Assembly: GCF_009834535.1 (NCBI RefSeq)
Contig: NC_045696.1
Location: forward strand, 7,194,001-7,258,000
Length of the DNA stretch: 64,000 nt
Direction: 5' to 3'
DNA from: Camelus ferus
Taxonomy: Eukaryota
Part shown: piece by piece, positions 41,701 to 54,704 of the stretch
Layout of the letters: the number at the start of each line of letters is the position of its first letter
Position numbering within the stretch: position 1 is the stretch's first letter
Position numbers and translations under genes: made by a program
Notes under the pieces: generated by a model
The model's input: only the letters and a program-made list of their open reading frames with translations
Database searches by the model: none
Told to the model about the DNA's origin: nothing

Positions 41701-43942
41701 ATCTAAATAATTCTCCCCACTAATGCTGTTTATCAGAAAGCTCCCCCATTCAAAATACACCACCAGTCCCCACATTCTCTCAGACAGCCATAGTTTTACT
41801 GTATTTCAAAACTTGAGTCACCTGTATGCATCGTCTTCTTTCAAGTCTCATATCATCCTGATGGGGTGGGGGAAGGGAGGGAAGAGTCCAGCAGCAAAAC
41901 TATAACACTGTGTGAAGAAAAACAGATTATGATAAGAGATAAGGATGCAAGACAATTACCCCTAATTGAGGAACATCTAATGTAACTATAATTCCCAAAA
42001 CACAGAGATAAAATTATTGCAAATTCATTTAACTAACATTTATTTCAGCTTACTTGAAAATAATTTTCATTAGCAAAAATCAATTATACATAAAATATAA
42101 AGTATTAAATTGTCAGGGAGAAAAAGTTTTCAGATCTGGCTACTACCAACAAAAATTTCACCCATTTCTAGCTATGAAATAACTGTCAAAATTCCACTAT
42201 TCTGTATAATTTATCAGAAAAAATATTTACATTGTATAATCTACATCAATTCACAAATCAGTATGAATGCAACTTCACTTTTCACAGTGGCTTACTATCA
42301 GAGTTAATGAAAGTTACGTTATAGGAAAGATCACATGCCAATCTACCAATGCTATTATTAAATTAAGTTCTGAGACACTGCTCACAACTGCTCCCCTAAG
42401 CCCACAAGCCCTCTTCTGCTCTCTTGAGTGGCTTCTCTTATTATGGTAATTCTTTCACTGTACTTCCACTTGTTACTTCCACTGCTATTTCATGACCGGC
42501 CAGCAAATCCCATAATGACTGATGGAAAAGCAAAAGCAACCTCGTGGTTGTTGTCAACTGGGAGCACATGACGACAGAGGAGACAAACACAAGCACAGGT
42601 TGAAACCTAACTCATAAATGAGTTTGGTCTAAAAATCATCTTTTAAAATGAAACTGTGGAATTCAGTCAGTATTTCTAATGAAACAATGCTGTTTATTTT
42701 GACCAAGTTCCCAGGTTAGCCAAAAGAAACCTCCTGAGCCCAAAAGACAGTATACTGGTCATGGGCACTGGGGACCCTGCAAAAGAAACACAGAAGCCGA
42801 ACCAATTCTAGATCCTCTCTTTATCTGGACAAACTCTAAAATAGGTCATTTTCCTTGTGAGCACCATCCCAACTCCTGACGCCTTTAATTCCCTAAATTT
42901 TACATGATAGCATTCCAAACATCCTGCTAATAATAATCCTTTCCCCTAAGTATGTTCCTAAATTACCACCCAAATCTCCTACTGCCTCAATGTAGTTCAT
43001 TTCAGGTATGTGATAGGAAGAAATCAACTGGACTGAAGTAATTCACTTTAACATTTGCAGTTTTCAACAAGGATGAAGGTACCCCAAATAAACTCCTAAT
43101 TGGCAGAATTCTAATAGTGCTGCAAAATAACTGAAGCAGTTGAGAAAAACCATTTTTAGGCAAATGGGTCATAATATAGGTGAGTCTTTGTTTATTGCCC
43201 CCAAATATTTCTGCTTTTTACTTATTTCTCCTTCTACTTCTGAAGGTATTTAAAAGCTCAAAATCACTACTCCAAATAGCAGCAATGAGAAAAGGAGCTC
43301 AGGGACAAGGGCTTAAATATATGAATTACTTGTAAATTAGGAATTGCCTGTGTCTGAAATCATTTCCTATATTCCAGATTCCATTCCTGAAGAACCACTT
43401 TTCCAGTTTTAGATGCTGCTGTGGTATCAAGTAAAAACGTAGACATAAGACCCACTGGCACCCAACGTGGCGGAGGAAGGAGAGTGTATAGATAGATAAA
43501 TGAATGAACATTAAAGTATTGCACCAAACAGTTTTATTTGCAAAAATAATCTTTAAACCATCAAGATTAAAGATTTTTACTTCAAAGACATAGTTTCCTA
43601 ATAATTTTACCCTCATAAATGGTCAGTCTTTACAATTCTGGCATGAACTATGGTAAAGGAAAATGTGAATTAAATCTCTAGCTATGAACTACCTATCTCT
43701 GAACCCTTCAGGCACTCAGCATCATATTCCTCACCTATAAAATGCCACAATGCTACTACACCTACATCCTGCCAACTTCAATGGTTTCAACAGGAAAAGC
43801 TATTATTAACACAAAAGCACTTTATAAGAAGAAAGTAGAATCAAGTAAGACATTAGTATTCTTTTCATTTTATTAAAAGTTGTTAGAAATTAACAGAGTA
43901 TTTCATTACTGTTTTAAATAGCTAAAGGGAAGAAATATGGGT

Positions 43943-43983
43943 GAGCCAGTGGTACAATGGATAATGCTTCTGACTCTGGATCA
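43943..43983 (+). pseudogene. Tailless tRNA-Arg(ACG) 5'-half retropseudogene
   Basis: GAGCCAGTGGTACAATGGATAATGCTTCTGACTCTGGATCA vs recalled tRNA-Arg-ACG GGGCCAGTGGCGCAATGGATAACGCGTCTGACTACGGATCA: 34/41 identical, with differences concentrated at CpGs. No T-arm, no polyA. Confidence 0.8.
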
Positions 43984-45774
43984 TCAAAATGATCTCACCC
44001 TAAAAATGACATCTTTTAGAAAAATCATCCACTTCATCACTACTCATATGAAAAGCAGCCTTTAGCAGAGTAAAGAATCTCTACAAGTTACAAAATTTGC
44101 TGATGACATATGCAGCAACTAAATGATCACATACTGACTGATGATAACCTCCCTGAGTCTTAACCTCAGATTACTTTAAACCTTAGATTACTTTAAATAA
44201 AGAGTCCAGTGATTACTCTAAGATATCTTTCAGGCTGGTCACTTTTCAAAAAATAACTTTATATCAGATGTGAGTTTTATGACAGTAAGTGGGTAACAGC
44301 AAACATCAAGTGTACTTTGCAAACTATACATACAATTTTCTTTCTAAAGAAGCTTAAAAATCCAGAAAGTCATATTTTAGTTTTTTTCTGAGAAAAACCT
44401 ACAGTGAATCATTCATCTTTTCCCTCACAAATGGTGTCATTCACAAATTATGGAGCAAAATGAGATGTCAGTGAAAAGTATCTACTATCCTTACCACAGG
44501 AATCTCCCATAATCCTCAAAATCTTTTGCAGTATGTTTTAGCTCAAATTTTGCCAAAGGCAATATAATGGTCTATGAGCAATCTAGGAACTGATCTTAAG
44601 TGGTCTTTGAAGCTAAACTTACAAACCATTTTCCAGTTGTCTGAAAATCACCGCATAAAATTCACCTACAGCACATCCGCAGCAAGACTAGAACTTCAAC
44701 AAGCCGAGTTTAAGTGCACGGTACACTCAGGTAGGTATCAGACTCAGTCTCTTGATGTCCGTCTGTCTCTCTTTCTCAAGGAGGGTTGGGGAGACGAGGA
44801 TATCAAGACACCCAATTAAAAGCACTATTGTGCTGAGATTTATAGAATACACATCTGGAAAACACTAGAATGGGAAAAAATTGAAATGAATGCTTTAGCA
44901 TGATATGGCGAATCCAGATTAACTCAGGAGTTAAAAAACTAAATGGCAGGTGCTGATGTATTCTGTAATGACAATGTTTTGGCCTGATGCAAAACTAAAA
45001 ATTCTATCTAGTTTCAAAATAAAGTAGTAGGGAAGTGTTACAAGCAGCAGGTGGAAAAATCAATATGATACAAGATTCAGAAGTACTAGTAGGTACTATT
45101 TTCTTAAACTGGATGGAAGTACAGAGTTTTTATTTTTTTAATTTACGTGTTGCATATATTCTCATATATTCACAATTTAAAATTTTAACCCACATGAAAA
45201 AATAAAAATGCACAATGAGATTAGAATGACAAGTCTGATAGTTCAGAAGATGCCAATTAATAAGCTACAAAACAAATAAATAAACTACAGAAGTGAAACC
45301 AAGGAAAACTTAGTTGAAAGACCTAAAAATTGACTCCATGGATTAAATCACAATGTGATTATCTAAAAATCATACACTGTGACTACCTTTCCTTATAAAC
45401 TTCTGCTCATAAGCACTAAAAGAGAAAAAGACGTGACAGAAGAAAATGTCTTTTCGCCAGACAGTAATTTCAGAAATAGTTTCAAGAATTATAACAACTA
45501 AAGGAGTCATGGAGAAATGTTTTGATACCTACCACAAAAGGAAAAAAAAAAAATCTGTAACTCTAACTCCCAATAAGATGACCAAACGGCATACGAAGAA
45601 AAAGCCTTTCCACCCTTTCCACTAACTGGGGGTTTCAAGAGAAATCCTAAAAACAAAGAATATTTATGACTTCCTCCCCAAATCCCAAGGAAATAGTTAC
45701 AGTCTTAAAAAGTTAAAAAGGCAAAATGCATAAGACATCAAATCAAAATTATGAGTAAAACTGCAGGGAAAAGG

Positions 45775-45990
45775 ACACTTGCTGAACACTTACTGTGCAC
45801 CAACCACTCAGCTGAGACACTTCCCAGACGCTGACACACTGAATAGCCTACCAGTCCTACAAGGAGGCAGTGTTACTTCCGTTTCATCAATGGTGAAATC
45901 AAGGGTCAGACAGACTAACTGGACTGGCGAAGGTCACAGCCTGCAAACTCTGGCTCCACAGCGAAGTTCACTACCTTCTACCACACCAAA
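45775..45990 (-). mobile_element. MIR SINE
   Basis: 'ttgctgaacacttactgtgcacca...cctacaaggaggcagtgttacttccgtttcatc...gaaggtcacagc'. Confidence 0.6.
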
Positions 45991-46512
45991 ATGCCTCTCG
46001 TTAAGGATCACTGAAATGGTTATGAGAAAATTACAAACCTGCAAAAATCTAGGTGACTAAGTCTGATTTTACACTTACCACTCACTCTTCTGCCTCAAAC
46101 ATCCTAAACATGAAATAAAGCTTATCAGGTAAATTATTTTGTAAAAAGTATTTCAGTTTAGGAAAAGTAACTCTCCTGAAAAGTTAGCTCAGCAAAGCAA
46201 TTCTGATTATATTAACAATTTGTTCTAATTCCCTTTACCAAAAAAGAACTATTAAGGAGACAAGCTGAGAAGTGTAAAAACCAAGCAGATAAGCCATTTT
46301 TGCACTAACGCCTAGGGCAAGATAAAAGAACATGAATGAAGGACTCTACACCTGGGTCTTGGACTACATGACTCCAGTGGCATGCTGGAAGTGGGAGGAA
46401 CTGACAAATGGGTTAAAGGGGATAGAAGGATGTGATTTCTCATAAAATTGAATGAAAAGAACTAACACAACCTGAGTAAGCACTGGAGAGAAGGTTCAAG
46501 AAGTAAGAGCTA

Positions 46513-46690
46513 GGGGAGGGTGTAGACCAGTGGTAGAGCACACGCCTAGCATGCGTGAGGTCCTGCATGAGATCCCTAGCACCTCCATCAAATAAACAAG
46601 TTAGACCTAATTGTCTCCCCCCACCCCATAAACAGTGCTGTATGCCAACTATATCTCAATAAAACAGGAAGGAAAAAATTTTAAAAAAGA
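46513..46690 (+). mobile_element. Camelid tRNA-Ala-derived SINE (vic-1-like) with an extra L1-type 3' tail
   Basis: ggggagggtgtagaccagtggtagagcacacgcctagcatgcgtgaggtcctg...ccctagcacctcca (tRNA-Ala AGC-like head), then 'acctaattgtctcccccc', then 'tgtatgccaactatatctcaataaaacagg' and an A-rich tail. Confidence 0.85.
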
Positions 46691-47459
46691 AGAAAAAGAG
46701 TGGGTAGATTAAATAAATATTGCCCCAAATTTTCGTTACCTCAAGCACCAAGTTCCCTGGCCTCTCTAAGACTTAATCTGGGCTAAACTGGGACAAAATT
46801 AGGCACTGAGTATTTAGATATAGCAATAAATACAGGAAAACAGGAGAGAAATAACTCGTGGGCATACCATCTGCAACAATGCATAATGCATTGACAAGTA
46901 TCTTTTTTAAGACTGAAGGGTAGAGATGGAAACATTTCTCAGAGTAAGCGGTGACTAGTGTCATGCACAGGATCCCTGTCACTAATTCAAAACCCATCAT
47001 CTACCACTGATAATTTATTTTGTTTGGCATACTGTCTTGAGGGTGTGAAAACAAAGATTTGCACAGGTTTCCATCAACACTCAGGTTTCTCAACATACTT
47101 TTATGTATTATCTTACAATTCAAGCTCCTCAAACATGAATCAATATGTTTAACCACACAGAACTTCTCAGGAAGCTAACTTCCACTACCAGAGAGTGACT
47201 ATTACTTTATAAAGTAGATATAGGAAATACGCCTACCATAAGCAGACCTAAGTTCCAGAAGACTCATTTCTAAGGTAACTGGTTTAAAGTCAACATTATG
47301 CACTATTTCAGTTATATGAGGAATTACGGAGACTTTTAAAACACTGACTTGCCTCTAGCCCACCTCTCACTGTTAAGAGTTTCAGGTCCAGATATCTGAG
47401 AGTCCAATGAACTGACTTTGATGCCCCAGTTATTCCTGCATATGAGATGTTTTATATTT

Positions 47460-47640
47460 AATGGACACGTAAGTACTTTCCTGTAATTCACTTAATTCCA
47501 ATAATTACATAAGGTAAATAGCACTATCATCTCTATTGGAAACAAAGGCCCAGAGAAATGAAGTGGCCCCAAGTCACACAGGACTCACTGTAGAGAGATG
47601 AGACTGAAATTCAACCAAACTGACTTCAAAGCCACTGATC
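47460..47640 (-). mobile_element. MIR SINE
   Basis: 'ttcacttaattcc...ggaaacaaaggcccagagaaatgaagtggccccaagtcacacag...ctgacttcaaagcc'. Confidence 0.7.
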
Positions 47641-47884
47641 TCAGGCCCTGTGTTAAACTGATTTACCACCTCCCCATTCTTCTCCCCTGCTCAAAAAAGG
47701 GAAGGAAAGACCAGGCAGGACAGGAAAAAAAAAATCCACTTCTCCTTCCTGTATTCTCAGTTTTGGTTAATGGTGTCACCACACCTCAAGCTCCCGAACT
47801 AAAACCTTCATCATCTAGACCTCTTTCCTACTATTTACCCCACATCTAATCCACAAATTTTTGTGTTGGATTTCACCTTAGAAA

Positions 47885-48175
47885 AGTGAGTTCTGTGAGC
47901 CATTCTAGGAAATTAATGGAACCTACAGATGAGGTCATGGAAACCTCCAATGTGTAGCCACTGAGTCAGAAGCATGGAACAACCTGGGCTTGTGACTGTC
48001 AGAAGTGGAGGGTGGTCTTACAGGATTGAGCCCTCTAACTGTGAGAGCTTGATTTCCTCTCCAGGTAGACAGTGTCAGAATTCTGCTTTATTCTTGGACA
48101 CCACGTTGGCACCTGAGAACTGCTTGGTGTGAAAAAGCCTTCTCTCTCCCAAAACACACATACACACATGCTGAA
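47885..48175 (+). mobile_element. MER21C-like ERVL LTR fragment
   Basis: 'gagttctgtgagccattctag', 'acctgggcttgtgactg', 'tgagccctctaactgtg', 'ctccaggtagacagtgtcagaatt', 'gaactgcttggtgtgaaaa'. Confidence 0.7.
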
Positions 48176-48494
48176 ACTGCGTACAGGAACCCTTTGTAAA
48201 CAGGAATTAAGAGCAAAGTGGGATGAACAGAATACCAAGATTTGTTTCAATCTCTTCTGCTGATGTGCCTGCTTCCTATCACCTCTGCACAACGTACTCC
48301 AACCTTCTATTATTCAAATGGATCCTAGCTCGTAAGAGGAATTAAAAAGGGGTGGCCCAATGACCTCTCGGTGCTCTGAGAATCAAACAAGGTTGAGACG
48401 CACTGCGTAGTGTCATCCCTCGTTACATCCCCCTCCCTCACCTGAACATCTGGGACCATCTCTTTCATGCGTGTATTCCATAAACAAAGCTTAC

Positions 48495-48572
48495 CTATCG
48501 GACAGAAGACACTTAGGCAGAACATGGTCAATCAAGGATAAACAGCCTGCAATCCCTTCTCATAACTAGTTC
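48495..48572 (-). other. Candidate non-coding cassette exon (78 nt)
   Basis: Acceptor GTTTTTTGCATTTCTTAG|GAAC and donor GATAG|GTAAGC; stops in all three frames. Confidence 0.35.
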
Positions 48573-49537
48573 CTAAGAAATGCAAAAAACCACTCTGCTC
48601 GCTCTTTCCTTTCTGATAGCACTGACTTTTCTAAATAGGATGGTCTAAAGTATTTAATGTATGTATCTCACACACATATAATTTTATTTATAAAATATAC
48701 ATTATATATAATTAATTTACGTAAGTGCATGCACACATATACTTAGTTGGTTATATGTACTTTTATACATATAATTACACATAATTTTATAAACCACTGC
48801 TTCTAATTATCCTTGAATTTCAAAAAAACAGAAAAATAACAAGGTCCAGAAATAATCAAAAACACACACTGTTATTAACAGCTTATGTTTTCTTCCAACA
48901 AGCCTATTACTAAGAGTAGTAAAATGAGTTTAGTCTTACTTATTTTCCCTGCTAAACTTTTGTGGAACTTAAAGAGAAATGCTACCTCCTCAAAAATTCT
49001 TAAAACATGTGGTCTTATACTTCAGGGTACCAATTATCCTCCATGTCTTTTTCACCTTTAGCCCCAAACTCAGGTGTTAGTCTCCACTTCATCTCCTGGA
49101 CCCCCCATTTCTCTTCTTTTAGAGTAAAAGAAGTACTTTCAAGGTTTACTCTAATAATACACTAATAATTCTGGACTCTTTCTCTACTCCAACCGCTCAC
49201 TCAGTATCTAGTCCAACAAGCTGCTGGGTGCCGCCTACGTCCCGCAGTATGACAACTCACTGTGCTGAAAGCGCACCCTCACCCACCCCCTTTCCTTACA
49301 CAACCCACATTCCCACCTCTACCCCCCCAAGACCATTCTTTCAGTGACTTGGCAAGAAACTGCTGACTTCTTTGTCTACTCTAAATGGTCCCACTCAATC
49401 CTATGAATTTCAAAGTGCCTAACTTCTCCACACCTAGTGCAGTCACCCTGGTCCTGGTCCTTATTTCACACATACTACAGATGCCTCCTAAACTCAGCAT
49501 TGCCTAGGCTAGATGGTGAATCAGAAATAACAGGGGA

Positions 49538-49700
49538 GGTTCCCAACTAGACTGCACAGCAGTCCACTCCCAAAGATCCTGATTCAGGAAGCATGGAGAA
49601 GGACCTGAGAATCTGGTTGTTGGGTTTTGTTTTCTTTTTTTTAACTGAAACAAAAACTTCCAGATTATTCTTGAGCACAGCCAGATTTGGGAATTATTTC
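49538..49700 (+). mobile_element. MER5A/B-like hAT-Charlie fragment
   Basis: 'ggttcccaactagactgcaca', 'gatcctgattcagg', 'cctgagaatctg', 'cttccagattattct...cagccagatttgggaa'. Confidence 0.55.
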
Positions 49701-51914
49701 ACTTAAAGACAGCTTATCAGCTTATCCTTTGTCCCATTTCAGTGCATATTTAGCTGCCACACAGACACTCCTGAAGCACAGACTTTCAACCTAGACTTAA
49801 CCCCTCTGAAAATTAGGAACATTAGACCACATCTTATTGCCAAGAACTCAGAGCTTGGCATGGCATTCTATAAAATGCCACTAACCTCCTTCCGCATCGA
49901 TGCTGAAGTCACTTCCCCTACCTAAAATTTGCCCTTTCTTTACTAAATCTTTACCTAAATCCTATCCACTCTTCAAGACCATCTCAATTCTCCCTCATTC
50001 AGCTTACAGCCACTCCAGTCTTTATCTACCACTGTAATTTATTAATTATTTATGTTATATTGTTATGAGTGATATCTACTGCTTGGTGAATCTCAATCTC
50101 ATATTTGTCCTATCACAGTAGATTTCAATAAGTACATTGATATACAATGGAATAACAACATGGAAAATACTGTCTTATACAGAAAAAGTGGATTATAAAG
50201 CAGTACGCAAATATCACATATTTATTTTTAAAAAGAATAGAATAGTTGTGTGCAGAAAAAATCTGACAGCTTATACAAAAAATGCAAAGTAGTACTTATC
50301 TCCAGAGAAAGGAACTACAGAAAACTGTTATTCTTATCTTCTGTATTTTCTAAATTTTCTAAAATGAATGTGCATTTTGTAATGAAACAAAATCTTAAAC
50401 CTTAAACTCTTAACCTAGAATTTTCTTGATAAATTAAATTTCTGTAAAAATGACTGGCCTGGGGTATCAGCAGCCACACTGTTACAGTCTTAATACATAC
50501 ATGACTTATCTGTTAACGTCAACATTTCCCAGCCCGGGCTTCAAATTTCACTGGCCTCAATAGATTTGATGTTCCAACTTTTGGGACCTCATTCCCAAAT
50601 CAATCATATACATAGGCCTGCTATTTCACCAGCTGTCTGGAGTGGAGTTTTATTTGTCTCTTGTTTTGGTTTGTTCTTTCAATCAAAACTACAAGACTTG
50701 ACATAATATTGCTGCTCTTTTATTTCCATATCAGGCAGGAGACATAGAACAGCTGAGAAAACCAGAATTAGTACTAAATAAATCTTAGGAATAAAGGTCT
50801 GCTAATACGTTTAAAACATCATCTTAAGCACTCCTTCATCCTTATACAGAATAAAATCTAAAATATAGTGAAAATCAACCTCCCTTAAAGAATAATTGTC
50901 AGGATAAACTATGCCAAGAATTTTCAATCATTAGTCACAAACTGCATGCTAAATTCCTCTATGCTAACTTAGGTTCATATGTTTACTGCGCTCTGAAGAA
51001 ACAGAAAACAGCTATACACGTCCTCCAGAACACTCTTCACATGCACGAAGACTTATTCCTCAGTTGCTTCTCCAGCTGAACATCAGGACACTCAATCACT
51101 CTTCTCAAATCTAATTAGCCAGGCCCAGTCCACTTTTCTTGCTCAAATCTTATGCTTTATTTCTCAATTTATGATCTTCAGATCTGTACACGGCATAACC
51201 ATGATAAGCACTGCCCCTCCACAGGTTTCTCCCTGTGGCACTGATTCACATGCTGTTTGTAGTCTGCTTGGCATCATGTTCAACCTCTACTTTTAGAAAT
51301 ACATTTCATGATGGAAAATACAGAATTTACATACAAAAAAATGTGTCATCAAAAATAAAAATGTTCAACACTTAAAGAAAATATGACAGATTTATGGTAT
51401 ATTCACATGATAAAATGTTATGTTAATCATTTAAGTTCTTACAATAATTACATTGCATGATGGAAAAAGTCATGCATTCTATTATATCACAAAGAACACA
51501 AACTCTTCATCAAAGCAGTCTCAGGAAAGTAAAATAAATGCACAGAAGAACACTCTGGAAGAAAATACATAAAATTATTAATAATGAATATCTTTGGCTA
51601 ATAAAATATTGGATGATTTTTTATTTTCTTCTTTATACTTTTCAGTGCATCACAACTTTTAAAAATATGCACAACTTTCATAATCAGGAAAAAATGGTCC
51701 AAGAAATTCAACTTCCATCTCAACATAAAAGTCATCATGTAATCTAGTTATGGGCCACAACCTTTTAAGTATCTCCAATTTTTAAAACTCCAATATAGGT
51801 TAAAAGCTCATGATAATAAACTATTAAAGATCTTTGTTTTTAAAAATCAGCTAATATAATACTGCTAGGTCACTGTCCACGTAAGATCCAAAAAAATACT
51901 TTAGTTGCTTAACC

Positions 51915-52125
51915 CAGTGTTCAAGGCCCAAAGCTGTCAGGCTCCAGAGTCAGCCTGCCCTGGTTCAACTCCTGGTTCTACAACTTACTGCATGGCCTCA
52001 GCAAGGTTCTGAACTCCTAGGCGACGGAGGACAATCCTGTAAAACACTGTTGTGTTCTCAGGACATCGCACACGCAAACCACTGAAAACACTGCCCGGTA
52101 AGTACTCAATACATGCTCACTGCTT
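51915..52125 (+). mobile_element. MIR SINE
   Basis: 'ggctccagagtcagcctgccctggttcaactcctggttctacaacttact...gtaagtactcaatacatg'. Confidence 0.7.
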
Positions 52126-52610
52126 TATACAGTTATATTTTATATTGTCACTCCTCCACTTTTTCAGTCTTATCTCCTATATAGGCTTTCCCCAAGTCTA
52201 CACTCTAGTCACAACGGACAAAGCCCATTCCCCAAATACTACTTTTTCGTTCAGACTGCTCCACGAGCCCTCCTTCTTTCCTGCTTGTCAACACCATGCT
52301 CCAAGTCCAACACCAACGCTTTCTCCTCCAGAAAGTCTCCCACTAGCAGCCCCTACAGACACCACATCCCCCTCAACCCTGCCATAGCATTATTTATACC
52401 CCGATTATGCTCCAGCTTCACTCTGCCCTAGACTGTAGGTAAGTAACAAACCACATGCTTGTTGACATCTAGCCCTACAAAGTGGGAAAAGCCTTGTTCA
52501 TCTCACCTTTCGGAAGGCCAGCTTCCTCAACTATAGCAGACTCACAATATAGGAGGGAAAGAAAGCCATACTCAACAAACCACATCACCTCTAAGAAATA
52601 CCTGCTTTTG

Positions 52611-54326
52611 CAATCAGAAAACTACTAGAACTCATCAATGAATATAGTAAAGTTGCAGGATACAAAAGTAATATACAGAAATCAGTTGCATTTCTATACA
52701 CTAACAATGAAATAGCACAAAGGGAAATTAATGAAACGATACCACTCACCATCATGCCGAAAAGAATAAAATACCTGGGAATAAACCTAACCAAGGAGGC
52801 AAAAGACCTTTAAGCCAAAAACTATAAGACACTGATGAAGGAAATTGAAGACAACATAAACAAATGGAAAGATATACCATGTTCTTGGATTGGAAGAATC
52901 AGTACTGTTAAAATGGCCATACTGCCCAAGACAATTTACAGATTCAATGCAATCCCTATCAAGTTACCAACAACATTCTTCACAGAGCTGGAACAAAAAA
53001 TGTTAAAATTTGTATGGAAACACAAAAGACCTCGAACAGCCAAAACAATCTTGAAAAAGAATGGAACTGGGGAAATCATGATGACTTCAGACTATACTAC
53101 AAAGCCACAGTAATCAAAGCAGTATGGTACTGGCACAAAAACAGACACATAGATCAATGGAACAGGAAAAAAAAGTCCAGAAATAAACCCATGCACGTAT
53201 GGTCAATTAATCTATGACAAAGGAGGCAAGAATATACAATGGAGAAAAGACAGTCTCTTCAATAAGTGGTGCTGGGAAAACTGGACAGCTACCTGTAAAA
53301 GACTGAAATTAGAACATTCCCTAACACCATGTACAAAAATAAACTCAAAATGGATTAAAGACCTAAATATAAGACCAGATACTATAAAACTCCCAGAAGA
53401 AAACACAAGCAGAACACACGTGGACATACATTACAGCACTATATTTTTTGAACCAGCTCCTGGAGTATTGGAATTAAAAGCAAAAATGAACAAATGGGAC
53501 CTAATTAAACTTAAAAGCTTTTGCACAGCTAAGGATACCACCAACAAAACGAAAAGACAACTTACAGAATGGGAGAAAATATTTGCAAATGATGTGACTG
53601 ACAAGGGACTAAATTCCAAAATATACAAACAGCTCATACACCTTAATATCAAAGAAACAAGCAACCCAATCCAAAAATGGGCAGAAGACCTAAACAAGTG
53701 ATTCTCCGATGAAGACGTTCAAATACCCAATGGGCACTTGAAAAAATGCTCAGCATCGCTAATTGTCAGAGAAATGCAGATCAAAACTACAATGAGGTAT
53801 CACTTCACACTAGCCAGAATGGCCATCATTGAAAAGTCTACAAATGATAGATGCTGGAGAGGGTGTGGAGAAAAGGCAACCCTCCTACATTGTTGGTGGG
53901 AATGTAGACTGGTGCAGAAACTATAGAGGACAGTATGGAAGTTCCTTAAAAAACTGAAAATAGACTTACCACGTGATCCAGCAATCCCATTCCTAGGCGT
54001 ATATCCAGAGAAAAATAAAATTAAAAAAAAACACATGCATCACAATGTCCATAGCAGCACTATTTACGATGGCCAAGACATGGAAACAATCCAAATGTCC
54101 ATCAACAGATGACTGGACAAAGAAGATGTGGTATAGTTATACAATGAAACACTACTCAGCCATAAAAAAAGAATAAAATAATGCCACTTGCAGCAATATG
54201 GACAGACCTGAAGACTGCCATTCAAAGCGAAGTGGGCCGGAAAGAGAAAGAAAAATTCCATATGACATTATTTATATGAAGAAATCTAAAAAATAACAAA
54301 AGTAATAAGGACACAAATGAATTATT
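52611..54326 (+). mobile_element. 5'-truncated L1: C-terminal ORF2 (frameshifted) plus the start of the 3' UTR
   Basis: ORF track gives classic ORF2p peptides: [97 protein letters not shown]1 similarity stops at 'acacaaatgaattatt'. Confidence 0.95.
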
Positions 54327-54704
54327 ATTTTGATTTCCTGAATATGTGTAAGCACACTTGACAGTCCTTTACGATTGGATTACTGCATTTTGTTGATTCT
54401 TATTTTGTGGTTGGCTTTATTCCTTTGATAAATATGTTAAGTTTAAAAAGCTGAAGATCTAATCTGTTCTTAGAAACAAGAATCAGTACATATATGAAAA
54501 CTAAAAAAAATGTGTGTATACTGTATATATGTATTTGCATGCAATATACTGCATATGTGCAGTCAAACTGTAGTAATTCTACATAATAAAACTGGGGGGA
54601 AAAAAGAAAAAAGTTATATGAATACCATTTTTGATAGGTATTTCTACGCTTTCACCACAGGATATTAACAATGCAGCAATTCAATAAATATATACACACA
54701 CAAA
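54327..54704 (+). other. Non-L1 sequence co-inserted with the L1 (3' transduction or chimeric retrotranscript)
   Basis: Lies inside an 18-bp TSD, aagaaatacctgcttttg (52593-52610) / aagaaatatctgcttttg (54705-54722). AATAAA at 54585 and 54683, each followed by an A-rich tract. Confidence 0.7.

Noticed and set aside
46079..46103. 25-nt minus-strand microexon (TTTAG|...GTG|GTAAGT)
   Set aside because: Weak pyrimidine tract and no supporting context; such pairs arise by chance in 64 kb.
46513..46590. Functional tRNA-Ala gene
   Set aside because: The B box is degenerate and the sequence continues into a SINE body and A-tail, so it is a SINE head.
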